A DNA stretch of 40,251 bases from Candidatus Omnitrophota bacterium (GCA_016177155.1 JACOVU010000105.1:1-40251); one strand, 5' to 3'; counted from the first letter of the stretch, positions 8,935-17,375 are shown. The notes: generated by a model from the sequence alone, not told the origin. Program-made: numbers and translations.

Positions 8935-8987
8935 AGTTTCGAGTTCCGAGTTGCGTTTGGCAAACTTAACACTAGAAACCCGAAACT
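8935..8987 (-). terminator. Weak hairpin plus T-run between rplQ and the aminotransferase gene (possible attenuator/terminator)
   Basis: 8935-8945 pairs with 8977-8987: 11 bp, with one G.U pair on the sense strand. It is built from 7-nt tandem units (gagtttc gagttcc gagttgc). The sense strand continues CAAAACTTTTT-ATG. Confidence 0.25.
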
Positions 8988-8992
8988 AGGAA

Positions 8993-9586
8993 CTACTTTT
9001 TGTTGTCGTCTCCCTTTAAGAACCGACGGAGTGAACTCAAGAAGCCGCCTTTCTTGGGCGCTTCTTTTTTGGCTTCCTCTTTTTTAAGTTCTTCTTTGGG
9101 AGCCTGTTTTGCCTTTGGAGTTTCTTCTTTGACCTTGGGTCTGCGTTCTACTTCTTGAACTTTCTTTTCAGGCTTTGGTTTTGGCTCTTTTTTCTTCTTA
9201 GGCTTTCCCTCAACGGCCTCGAGCACAGGAACTGTAAATTCCAGTAAAGACAAGGAAGCCCCATCGCCTGCCCGATACTTATAATGAAGTACACGAGTAT
9301 AGCCACCGTTTCGGCTGGAAAGTTTTGGTGCAATCACCTCCACCAAGCGCTTGGCATAAACTTCAGAACCTGAGCCGAGCTTTTGAATCAAATGGCGTCT
9401 TGCATGCAACGAATTTCCCTTGGCAATGGTGATCAATCGATCCACAAAACGGCTCGCTTCTTTGGCTCGACTGTGAGTCGTAACAATTTGCTGATTGGTA
9501 ATTAGGTTGCGTGCTAAATTGCGAAGCAAAGCACGCCGATGTTCCTGAACCAATCCCAATCTCCCGCGACTTCTACCATGTCTCAT
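8993..9586 (-). CDS. rplQ: 50S ribosomal protein L17 with a ~75-aa K/E/P-rich C-terminal extension
   Basis: MRHGRSRGRLGLVQEHRRALLRNLA... is the L17 N-terminus. The gene follows rpoA. Confidence 0.95.
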   Translation of the reverse strand: MRHGRSRGRLGLVQEHRRALLRNLARNLITNQQIVTTHSRAKEASRFVDRLITIAKGNSLHARRHLIQKLGSGSEVYAKRLVEVIAPKLSSRNGGYTRVLHYKYRAGDGASLSLLEFTVPVLEAVEGKPKKKKEPKPKPEKKVQEVERRPKVKEETPKAKQAPKEELKKEEAKKEAPKKGGFLSSLRRFLKGDDNKK

Positions 9587-9606
9587 AACATTTTCCTACT
9601 GTTCTT

Positions 9607-10599
9607 TTAAGCAACAACCGCTTTTTTCTTCTTGAGCCGCTCTTGAACGTTCATGCCAAGGTGAAGCCCCATTTCGGTTAAGATATTTTGGATCTCAGAA
9701 AGAGACTTCTTGCCGAAATTCTTATACTTAAGCATTTGGGCTTCGGTCTTCTGAATCAGATCTCCAATCGTCTTAATATTGGCGGCTTCAAGACAATTGG
9801 CGCTTCTGACAGAAAGCTCAAGTTCCGTGATGGGTTTGCTGATGAGATCGAGAAATTCTTTGTCCTCTTCCTCTTCTTCTTCTTCCTCTTCAGGAAGTTC
9901 TCCATAATTGACGAAAATATCCAGATGCCTCTGAAGAATGTTGGATGCGTAAAGCAGCGCTTCTTCAGGCGTCATTGCCCCGTTGGTCGTCATCTCAAGA
10001 ATGAGTCGGTCATAATCCGTAATCTGACCGACGCGCGTATCTTCCACGGCGAAATTCACCTTCACCACGGGTGAGAAAATGGAATCTACCGGGATCGTCC
10101 CAATCGCCATGCCCTCTTGTTTGTTCCGGTCGGCGGGAACATAACCTCTGCCCCGGGCAATTTCCATTTCCATAAAGAAACGGATTTCCTTCGTCAGCGT
10201 CGCGATATGAAGATCGGGATTGATAATCTCCACAGTCTCATCCGCTTGAATGTCTTTTGCAGTCACCGCACCCTTACGCTTTACGTCAATAACCACTTTC
10301 TTTGGCTGTTTGCCGTGATACTTAAGTACGAGCTTCTTTATGTTTAACACGATCTGCGGTACATCTTCCACCACACCGTCAATCGCAGAAAACTCATGCT
10401 GAACACCCTCAATCTTAATGCTGGTCACAGCAGCCCCTTCAATGGATGAAATAAGCACGCGTCTCAGTGCATTACCAATCGTAGTCCCATAGCCACGCTC
10501 AAAAGGCTCTGCCACAAACTTGCCATAGGTTGGCACAAGCGATGCCTGATCTACCTCGAGTCGTTTCGGCATCTCAAACGTTTTCCATCTGATCCCCAT
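9607..10599 (-). CDS. rpoA: DNA-directed RNA polymerase subunit alpha
   Basis: The start is set at the ATG at 10597-10599, which has the SD GAAGGAG upstream; the ORF-track TTG extension to 10689 is rejected. NTD and CTD are recognisable, joined by a poly-Glu linker. Confidence 0.95.
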   Translation of the reverse strand: MGIRWKTFEMPKRLEVDQASLVPTYGKFVAEPFERGYGTTIGNALRRVLISSIEGAAVTSIKIEGVQHEFSAIDGVVEDVPQIVLNIKKLVLKYHGKQPKKVVIDVKRKGAVTAKDIQADETVEIINPDLHIATLTKEIRFFMEMEIARGRGYVPADRNKQEGMAIGTIPVDSIFSPVVKVNFAVEDTRVGQITDYDRLILEMTTNGAMTPEEALLYASNILQRHLDIFVNYGELPEEEEEEEEEDKEFLDLISKPITELELSVRSANCLEAANIKTIGDLIQKTEAQMLKYKNFGKKSLSEIQNILTEMGLHLGMNVQERLKKKKAVVA

Positions 10600-10612
10600 G
10601 TCTTTTTCTCCT

Positions 10613-10786
10613 TCAATGAAGCCACGACTTACGGTACGTAAGTCGTTTGGCTGAATTGAATCCGCCGCGTCTTTTGGCGGATTTAACAACCTGCTTCGTT
10701 TTACGTTTCATATTTCTCCGCCACAAAACTTGGCGGATAAATTCGCACAGTAACTTACGAAAAATAAAACTTCGTAAGTTACGTGC
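10613..10786 (-). promoter_or_regulatory. Structured rpsD-rpoA spacer with four hairpins; alternatively it holds a 32-codon basic small ORF (10613-10711)
   Basis: H1 10621-10651, H2 10659-10683, H3 10717-10737, H4 10746-10785. H1 and H4 share ACTTACG/CGTAAGT; H2 and H3 share TCCGCC/GGCGGA. Confidence 0.5.
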
Positions 10787-11416
10787 TCATTTAGAATACA
10801 ACTCAACAATTTGTGATTCTTCGACTGGCAGTGCTGCATCTACTTTGCCAGGCAACTTGACCACTTTCACCTCTAATGTTTCCCGATTGAGTTCAAGCCA
10901 CTCGGGATAAGGCCGATCTTTCAACATCTCCAAAGTATTCAAAATTCGCTTCTTGTTTCCTTCGTCTGGGTAAGGTTGGATGATATCCCCCACGCGTACT
11001 TGAAAAGAGGGGATGTTAACCGTTCTACCATTCACCATCATTAAACCATGGCTGACCAACTGCCGCGCTTCAGGACGGGAACTCACAAACAGGGTTCGGT
11101 AAAGCACATTGTCCAAACGTCTTTCCAAAAGCTGAATGAGCGTCTCACCCGTAATTCCTTTTTTCTTCGTCGCGCGCGCGAAAAAGACACGAAATTGCCG
11201 TTCCAAAATGCCATAAATTCGCTTCGCCTTTTGCTTTTCGCGCAACTGAAGAGCATAGTTCGAGAGCTTACCTCGACCACCACGGCGATGCATTCCCGGT
11301 GCAAAGTTTCTACGCTCGATGGCACACTTGTCCCCGGTGCATCGAATTCCTTTGAGGAATAACTTCATTCCTTCACGACGGCAAAGCCTACAAACTGGTC
11401 CAATTTTTCTACCCAT
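10787..11416 (-). CDS. rpsD: 30S ribosomal protein S4
   Basis: MGRKIGPVCRLCRREGMKLFLKG..., 209 aa, in the S13-S11-S4 order. Confidence 0.97.
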   Translation of the reverse strand: MGRKIGPVCRLCRREGMKLFLKGIRCTGDKCAIERRNFAPGMHRRGGRGKLSNYALQLREKQKAKRIYGILERQFRVFFARATKKKGITGETLIQLLERRLDNVLYRTLFVSSRPEARQLVSHGLMMVNGRTVNIPSFQVRVGDIIQPYPDEGNKKRILNTLEMLKDRPYPEWLELNRETLEVKVVKLPGKVDAALPVEESQIVELYSK

Positions 11417-11419
11417 AAA

Positions 11420-11788
11420 TTAAACTCTTCTCCTTTTAGGCGGACGGCATCCATTGTGTGGAAGCGGCGTAACATCTTTAATCAAAGTAATTTGAAGTCC
11501 TACACCTTGAAGCGCGCGAATGGCAGACTCACGCCCCGAACCAGGACCATTGACATACACTTCCACTTCCTTCATCCCATTTTCCATTGCTTTTTTTGCA
11601 GCATGTTCTGAGGCGACTTGCGCAGCAAAAGGGGTCGACTTTTTAGAACCCTTAAATCCCGCACTTCCTGAACTCGCCCAACAAATCGTGTTCCCGCTTA
11701 CGTCTGTGATGGTGATCACCGTGTTGTTGAACGAAGCGAGAATATGAACCACTCCTTTTGCTACTTGTTTTACTTTTTTCTTTGCCAT
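11420..11788 (-). CDS. rpsK: 30S ribosomal protein S11
   Basis: 122 aa, [18 protein letters not shown]...[13 protein letters not shown]. Confidence 0.97.
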   Translation of the reverse strand: MAKKKVKQVAKGVVHILASFNNTVITITDVSGNTICWASSGSAGFKGSKKSTPFAAQVASEHAAKKAMENGMKEVEVYVNGPGSGRESAIRALQGVGLQITLIKDVTPLPHNGCRPPKRRRV

Positions 11789-11810
11789 ATGAATGAGCCT
11801 CTATTCCTGA

Positions 11811-12200
11811 TTATTTCGGTGCGGGTGGTTTCTTCAAGAGTCCGCCAACGGTTTTGCGAGGACCTTTACGAGTCCGTGAATTGGTGTGGGTTCTCTGTCC
11901 CCTAACAGGAAGACCCTTAATATGCCGAGAACCTCGATAACACTTAATGTCGATCAAACGTTTAATGTTTTGCTGGACCTCGCGTCTCAAATCCCCCTCT
12001 ACTTTGGCATTCATTTTTTGAATGGTAGAAGTAATTTGGGCCACTTCCTTATCGCTTAGATCTTTCGCCCTTTTACTTGGATCAATCCCTGCTTCCCTCA
12101 AAACTTGATTAGAAAGAGTCCTTCCGATCCCATATAAATAGGTAAGGGCAATTTCGCTTCGTTTCTCACGTGGTAAATCCACACCAAAAATTCTGGGCAT
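11811..12200 (-). CDS. rpsM: 30S ribosomal protein S13
   Basis: [14 protein letters not shown]..., 129 aa. Confidence 0.97.
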   Translation of the reverse strand: MPRIFGVDLPREKRSEIALTYLYGIGRTLSNQVLREAGIDPSKRAKDLSDKEVAQITSTIQKMNAKVEGDLRREVQQNIKRLIDIKCYRGSRHIKGLPVRGQRTHTNSRTRKGPRKTVGGLLKKPPAPK

Positions 12201-12205
12201 TGTGA

Positions 12206-12319
12206 TTATCCCTGTCTCTGTTTATGTTTTGGGTTACTGCACACAACGTAAACCACACGCTTACGCCGTACAATTTTACAATGTTCACAAATTCGTCTGA
12301 CTGAACTGCGTACTTTCAT
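12206..12319 (-). CDS. rpmJ: 50S ribosomal protein L36 (not in the ORF track; translated by hand)
   Basis: The minus strand reads ATG AAA GTA CGC AGT ... CAG GGA TAA, which gives [37 protein letters not shown] (37 aa, C-x2-C...C-x4-H zinc motif). It lies in the canonical position between infA and rpsM. Confidence 0.93.
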   Translation of the reverse strand: MKVRSSVRRICEHCKIVRRKRVVYVVCSNPKHKQRQG

Positions 12320-12410
12320 CCCCCACCACTTTCCAACTATTAATATAATAATTTAAAATTAACTTCCTTTTACGACGTTACAACGTCCCTCACCGAAAGT
12401 GGTGGGGGAT
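12318..12410 (-). repeat. Stop-to-start bridging hairpin, copy A2 (infA to rpmJ)
   Basis: Perfect 16-bp helix, 12318-12333 with 12395-12410. Sense strand: TGA-TCCCCCACCACTTTC ... GAAAGTGGTGGGGG-ATG. 61-nt AT-rich loop. Confidence 0.8.
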
Positions 12411-12625
12411 CAAATTCGATACGTAATTCTTCCCCGCGTCAGGTCATAGGGAGAAAGTTCCACTTTCACTCGATCCCCTGAAAGAATTCGGATGTAATGC
12501 ATCCTCATCTTGCCCGAAATATGGGCCAGCACCTTATGACCGTTATCGAGCTCGACCCGAAACATCGCATTCGGAAGCGGCTCAATGACAACTCCCTCTA
12601 CCTCAATGGCATCTTCTTTTGACAC
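12410..12625 (-). CDS. infA: Translation initiation factor IF-1
   Basis: 71 aa, [41 protein letters not shown].... The GTG start overlaps the map stop by 1 nt. Confidence 0.97.
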   Translation of the reverse strand: MSKEDAIEVEGVVIEPLPNAMFRVELDNGHKVLAHISGKMRMHYIRILSGDRVKVELSPYDLTRGRITYRI

Positions 12626-13413
12626 TAGACCATACTCACTTGATAGTTAACGTTCTCTTCACATTCCTGTGACCCTGTTAAATTTTCAGGACCGTGCTCT
12701 GTCAGTACAATGGTATCTTCATAATGCGCTGCCAATTGACGGTCTCGAGTCACCACTGTCCAGGCGTCATCCAAAATGTCAACTTCCCAACTCCCTGCGG
12801 CAACCATGGGTTCAATAGCAAGGACAAGTCCTGCTTCAAGCTTAGGTCCATGCCCAGGTTTCCCAAAATTAGGCACTTGTGGATCTTCGTGCATCGCTCG
12901 TCCAATGCCGTGTCCTACAAAATCACGAATCACTGAAAAACCATGAGATTCAACGTAATCTTGAATCTTGTGCGAAAGATCGCCTATCCGCGCACCCAAC
13001 TTCATCTGACTCATCCCCACATAAAGGGCACGCCGAGTTACTTCCATAAGTTCCAGCGCTTCCTCGCTTGCTTGGCCAATGGACCAAGTGCGTGCGGCAT
13101 CGCTGACATAACCTTCGTAAATCAATCCGATATCAAGACTTAAAAGATCCCCTTCATTCAATCTCCGCTTGGAGGGAATCCCATGCACCACTTCCTCATT
13201 CATCGAGGTGCAGATACAAGCAGGATAACCGCGATACCCCTTGAACGCTGGCTTTGCCTTCTGTGCTTGAATGAGCCGCTCGGCTTTGGCATCAATTTCA
13301 AGGGTCGTCATTGCCGGTTTAATGAACCGCTTTAATTCTTCGAAAACAATCTTGAGCCTTTGAGCAGCTTCCCGCATGATCTCGATTTCACGCTTGGATT
13401 TCAAAGAAATCAT
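12625..13413 (-). CDS. map: Methionine aminopeptidase type I
   Basis: 262 aa with [33 protein letters not shown] and EPMV. Confidence 0.95.
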   Translation of the reverse strand: MISLKSKREIEIMREAAQRLKIVFEELKRFIKPAMTTLEIDAKAERLIQAQKAKPAFKGYRGYPACICTSMNEEVVHGIPSKRRLNEGDLLSLDIGLIYEGYVSDAARTWSIGQASEEALELMEVTRRALYVGMSQMKLGARIGDLSHKIQDYVESHGFSVIRDFVGHGIGRAMHEDPQVPNFGKPGHGPKLEAGLVLAIEPMVAAGSWEVDILDDAWTVVTRDRQLAAHYEDTIVLTEHGPENLTGSQECEENVNYQVSMV

Positions 13414-13462
13414 CCCCCACCACTTTCATTTTCCCCACCTTTTCCAAAAAGTGGTGGGGGAT
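13412..13462 (-). repeat. Stop-to-start bridging hairpin, copy A3 (adk to map)
   Basis: Perfect 15-bp helix, 13412-13426 with 13448-13462. The 21-nt loop contains a third partial arm (ccccacc). Confidence 0.8.
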
Positions 13463-14115
13463 CATCGAACTTGAAGCTCACGAGCTAGTTCTGCTTGAAG
13501 GGGTTCAATCTCCAAATCTCCATTCACCACCTTAAGCAAGTTTCGCGTCCCATAAAATTCAATGAGCGGAGCGGTTTGCTTTTGATACACTTCAAGCCGC
13601 TTCCGAATGGTTTCGGGCGTATCATCCTTACGCTGAACCAAAGAACTGCCACACACATCGCAAATCCCCTCCCGTTTGGGTGGGATATTGCGAATGTGGT
13701 AATTCGCTCCACAATTCGGACAAGCACGTCTGCCTGAAAGACGATCGATCACCACTCGCTCAGAAGTACCGAATTCAAGTGCAAAATCGAGCGGCTTCCT
13801 CGCCTGCTTCAAAAAGGCCTCGAGTGATTCAGCTTGTTCCACCGTCCGAGGAAAACCGTCCAAAATAAATCCATTTCGAACGTCATCTGATTGGAGTCGT
13901 TCGCTCACCATCTCAACCACAAGCTCATCGGGAACTAATTTCCCACTGTCAATGAACGATTTTGCACGCTTCCCGAGCGCCGTCCCTTTCTGAATCTGAG
14001 ATCTCAAAAGATCTCCCGTCGAAATATGGGGAATCGAGTGTCGCTCGCTCAAAATCTTGGCATGCGTTCCTTTGCCTGCCCCCGGTGGTCCTAAAAGAAC
14101 AATTCGAAGCGACAT
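13462..14115 (-). CDS. adk: Adenylate kinase (Cys4 zinc lid)
   Basis: GPPGAGKGT P-loop; the lid is CPNCGANYH...CDVCGSSL. Confidence 0.96.
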   Translation of the reverse strand: MSLRIVLLGPPGAGKGTHAKILSERHSIPHISTGDLLRSQIQKGTALGKRAKSFIDSGKLVPDELVVEMVSERLQSDDVRNGFILDGFPRTVEQAESLEAFLKQARKPLDFALEFGTSERVVIDRLSGRRACPNCGANYHIRNIPPKREGICDVCGSSLVQRKDDTPETIRKRLEVYQKQTAPLIEFYGTRNLLKVVNGDLEIEPLQAELARELQVR

Positions 14116-15461
14116 TACCTGATCCGGGCTCTCAGTTTACCCTTCTTGATAAAACCTTCATAGTGCCGCATCAAAAGCTGCGATTCAATCTGCTTCATCG
14201 TATCGAGTACAACACCCACAATAATCAAAAGACCTGTTCCGCCAAAAAAGCTTGCCACAAGAAACGGAATGTTCAGCACTTTTGGCGAATTAATAATGCT
14301 TGGAAAAACCGCAATCAAAGCCAGAAAAAGAGCGCCCGTAAATGCGACTCGCGTCATCAAGTAATCCAAGTGTTCTGCCGTATTCTTTCCGGGCCGAATG
14401 CCTGGAATAAATCCTCCGTACTTTTGAAGGTTGTTCGCCACTTCAATTGGATTAAATGTGATCGCCGTATAAAAGAACGTAAAGAAAATAATTAAAAATG
14501 CCTCAATGCTCGTATATAAAACCGTTCCGGGCGACAGCCACGTTGCCATGGTTCGAACCACACCCTGCGATGGAAAAAAACCTGCGATCGTCGCAGGAAA
14601 TAAAATAACCGACTGCGCAAAAATAATCGGAATCACGCCTGCCTGATTAATTTTAAGCGGCAGATAGGTACTTTGCCCCCCATACACCCGATGTCCGCGA
14701 ATCTGTTTTGCATATTGGACCGGAATCTTCCGTTGTCCTTGAATAATCAGGATCACTCCCACCACAGTAAAGACAAAGAGCACCAGCATCAAACCAAGTT
14801 TCCAATACGCCAATTGACCAAACTTAACGAGTTGCCCCGTTTGGATGATGGCGGTTGGAACAGCTTCAATGATACCTGCTGTAATCAAAACTGACATTCC
14901 GTTTCCGATCCCGTGTTCATCAATTTGTTCGCCGAGCCACATAATGAACACTGTTCCGGCTGTTAATGTCAGTACCGTCATCAAACGGAACGCCCAGCCT
15001 GGATTCGGCACGATCACCGTTCCCTGGAATGCGTTCGGATTCTCAAGCCAGAGCGCAATAAAAAAGGTTTGGATGAGCGCAAGGATCAATGTCCCATAAC
15101 GGGTATATTGAATCAGTGTGCGTCTCCCCTCTTCGCCTCCTTCTTTTGCCAGTTTCTCGAGCTGTGGAATCACAACCGTTAGAAGCTGCAAAATAATGGA
15201 GGAAGAAATGTACGGCATAATTCCCAGCGCAAACACAGTCGCCTTCTGAAGCGCACCACCTGAGAACAGAGCCATAATCCCGAAGAGATTTCCCCCTGCC
15301 GTGCCCGCAATCCTTTGAAAAAATTGGCTCAGCGCACCACCGTCCACTCCTGGAGTAGGCAAATGTGCTCCGAGGCGGTACACCGCTATGATAAAGAGCG
15401 TAACAAGAACTTTTCGCCTGAGTTCTGGTATCTTAAAGATATTTCCCAGTGCTCTCAGCAT
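14115..15461 (-). CDS. secY: Preprotein translocase subunit SecY
   Basis: 448-aa polytopic membrane protein in the canonical position after rplO. Confidence 0.96.
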   Translation of the reverse strand: MLRALGNIFKIPELRRKVLVTLFIIAVYRLGAHLPTPGVDGGALSQFFQRIAGTAGGNLFGIMALFSGGALQKATVFALGIMPYISSSIILQLLTVVIPQLEKLAKEGGEEGRRTLIQYTRYGTLILALIQTFFIALWLENPNAFQGTVIVPNPGWAFRLMTVLTLTAGTVFIMWLGEQIDEHGIGNGMSVLITAGIIEAVPTAIIQTGQLVKFGQLAYWKLGLMLVLFVFTVVGVILIIQGQRKIPVQYAKQIRGHRVYGGQSTYLPLKINQAGVIPIIFAQSVILFPATIAGFFPSQGVVRTMATWLSPGTVLYTSIEAFLIIFFTFFYTAITFNPIEVANNLQKYGGFIPGIRPGKNTAEHLDYLMTRVAFTGALFLALIAVFPSIINSPKVLNIPFLVASFFGGTGLLIIVGVVLDTMKQIESQLLMRHYEGFIKKGKLRARIR

Positions 15462-15473
15462 TAGAATCGACCG

Positions 15474-15905
15474 TTAATTTTTCCCGATCAAAACGGCTTT
15501 ACCGCCTGCCTTTTCGATCGCTTCTTTGGCTTGAGCACTGAATCGATGTGCATGGACAGTCAACTTTTTGGAAATCGTTCCGCGTCCCAAAACCTTAAGT
15601 CCACTACCCAAGCGTTTGATTACCTGATTCTCGACAAGCCAATCAGGCGATATCTCAGAAACTTTCAGATGATCTAATTGATCCAGATTGATAATCGCAA
15701 ATTCTTTATGATGCGGTTGATTAAATCCCCTTTTCGGAAACCGTTGATGGATCGGAGTCTGACCGCCTTCAAAAGCAGGCCGCTGGTGAAAACCAGACCT
15801 TGCGCGCTGACCTTTATGACCTTTGGTTGAGGTCTTGCCATGTCCCGAACCAACACCGCGCCCAATCCGCTTAGGCTTTTTTTGATACGGCTTCTTTGCT
15901 CTCAT
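15474..15905 (-). CDS. rplO: 50S ribosomal protein L15
   Basis: [30 protein letters not shown] lies 10 nt upstream. The ATG lies inside the last 35 nt of rpsE. Confidence 0.95.
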   Translation of the reverse strand: MRAKKPYQKKPKRIGRGVGSGHGKTSTKGHKGQRARSGFHQRPAFEGGQTPIHQRFPKRGFNQPHHKEFAIINLDQLDHLKVSEISPDWLVENQVIKRLGSGLKVLGRGTISKKLTVHAHRFSAQAKEAIEKAGGKAVLIGKN

Positions 15906-16440
15906 TATTGGACGATCCTCCGAAACGCATTGTTTCCCGACTCGTTAATCTTTGAAGCCCATTCAACGTGGCTTTCAAGACATTAATGGCGTTATCGCTT
16001 CCCAGACTCTTGGTCAAAATATCTTTAATTCCCGAACACTCACAAACGGCACGAACCGCTCCACCCGCAATAACACCCGTACCGGGAACGGCGGGCTTCA
16101 GGAGCACCTTCGCTGCCCCATAATGGCCGATGACCTCATGGGGAATCGTGGTTTTCCAAAGCGAAATAGTCATTTGTTTCTTTCTCGCCGCGGCGAGCGA
16201 CTTTCGAATCGCATCTGAAACTTCGCTCGCTTTTTCAAGCGCATACCCCACTTTTCCTTGGCCGTCTCCCACCACTACTAAAGCACTAAAATTAAAACGC
16301 CGGCCGCCTTTTACGACCTTCGCGACGCGATTAATCTGAATGACTTTTTCAAGAGAAGCCCCTTCCATCCCCATGGGAGCACTAGAGGCGTGACTCTCTT
16401 CTTTTGTTGTCTCTTTTACCACTTGTTTTTCTTCAGCCAA
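15871..16440 (-). CDS. rpsE: 30S ribosomal protein S5 (N-terminally extended if the TTG start is used)
   Basis: [39 protein letters not shown]. The TTG start at 16440 has GAAGGAG upstream. An internal ATG (MGMEG) is a possible alternative start. Confidence 0.92.
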   Translation of the reverse strand: MAEEKQVVKETTKEESHASSAPMGMEGASLEKVIQINRVAKVVKGGRRFNFSALVVVGDGQGKVGYALEKASEVSDAIRKSLAAARKKQMTISLWKTTIPHEVIGHYGAAKVLLKPAVPGTGVIAGGAVRAVCECSGIKDILTKSLGSDNAINVLKATLNGLQRLTSRETMRFGGSSNNESKEAVSKKA

Positions 16441-16463
16441 GGTATCTTCGCTCCTTCTCGTTC

Positions 16464-16835
16464 TTAAAACTCAAGTCCATTTTCGCGCAGAGCTTCCGCA
16501 AACGCTTTAATGCGCCCGTGGAATGCATGTCCTCCACGATCGAAAACAATTTTGGTTACTTTTTTCTTTTTCAACTCTTGGGCAACAAATGCTCCAAATT
16601 TTTTTGTAGCCTCTATGTTTCCTGCTTGTTTCTTTTCTTTTACATGAAAACTGGGTTGCAAAGTGGAGCAAGAAAAAAGGGTGCACTCCCCCAAATCATC
16701 TACGGCTTGAACGTAAAAATTGAGATGAGAACGATGAACGCACACTCTGGGCCGCTCTGGAGTCCCAATGACTCTTTTCCGAACCCGAGAATGCCGTTTC
16801 TTTCGTTTTTCTTCCCTTAAAGCAGCGGTTAACAT
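16464..16835 (-). CDS. rplR: 50S ribosomal protein L18
   Basis: 123 aa, [26 protein letters not shown].... Confidence 0.95.
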   Translation of the reverse strand: MLTAALREEKRKKRHSRVRKRVIGTPERPRVCVHRSHLNFYVQAVDDLGECTLFSCSTLQPSFHVKEKKQAGNIEATKKFGAFVAQELKKKKVTKIVFDRGGHAFHGRIKAFAEALRENGLEF

Positions 16836-16838
16836 GGC

Positions 16839-17375
16839 TTAAGCAGCTGCCTTTCCAGCTTTCCTACGAACTTGTTCATTGGCATAACGGACTCCCTTGC
16901 CTTTATAAGGTTCGGGCTCAAAAAACTTTCTAATGTTCGCTGCCACTTGTCCCACCAAAACTTTATCCACTCCCTTAACTACTACGGTAGTAGGTTTTGG
17001 AGTTTCAATCTTCACGCCTTCCGGAATCGAATAATCGATCGGATGCGAAAATCCAAGCAAAAGCTGAAGTTTTTTACCTTGCACCTGAGCCTTGAAACCA
17101 ATTCCTTCAATCTCAAGCGTCTTCGAAAATTCCTGCGTTACTCCCGTAATTATGTTGGCGAGCAAAGTCCGCGTAAGCCCATGAAGCGATCTGTCCTGAT
17201 TGTTATTCGTCGGCCGCGTGACTGCAACGTGACCATCGGCCACAACTACTTTCATGCGAGGATGAATCTCAAGATCCATCTTTCCTTTTGGGCCTTCCAC
17301 ATGAATCCTAGTCCCAGCAATCTGGATTTTTACGCCTTGGGGAACTGGAATTAATCTTTTACCGACTCGAGACAT
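16839..17375 (-). CDS. rplF: 50S ribosomal protein L6
   Basis: MSRVGKRLIPVPQGVKI.... The start is trimmed to the ATG at 17375, which lies downstream of the rpsH stop. Confidence 0.95.
   Translation of the reverse strand: MSRVGKRLIPVPQGVKIQIAGTRIHVEGPKGKMDLEIHPRMKVVVADGHVAVTRPTNNNQDRSLHGLTRTLLANIITGVTQEFSKTLEIEGIGFKAQVQGKKLQLLLGFSHPIDYSIPEGVKIETPKPTTVVVKGVDKVLVGQVAANIRKFFEPEPYKGKGVRYANEQVRRKAGKAAA

Noticed and set aside
10600-10689. ORF-track N-terminal extensions of rpoA (to 10689), tuf (26137), rplF (17432), rpsN (18021), rplX (18939), rpsL (29075), rplW (23039), fusA (28220) and the epimerase (2387)
   Set aside because: The extensions start at TTG or GTG, or at upstream ATGs without an SD. 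They overlap the preceding gene or run through hairpin elements, and they add residues absent from the conserved N-termini. Internal ATGs with an SD match the canonical starts.
12395-12408. G-quadruplex potential of the 3' arms (GGTGGTGGGGG)
   Set aside because: It would form at most a two-tetrad quadruplex with 1-nt loops, and it competes with a perfect 15-17 bp helix. This cannot be evaluated from sequence alone.
15871-15905. Missing rpmD (L30) between rpsE and rplO, and missing rpmG before secE
   Set aside because: No ORF fits, since rpsE and rplO overlap. However, absence from this locus does not prove absence from the genome, and L30 is absent in several bacterial lineages. This is recorded only as context.
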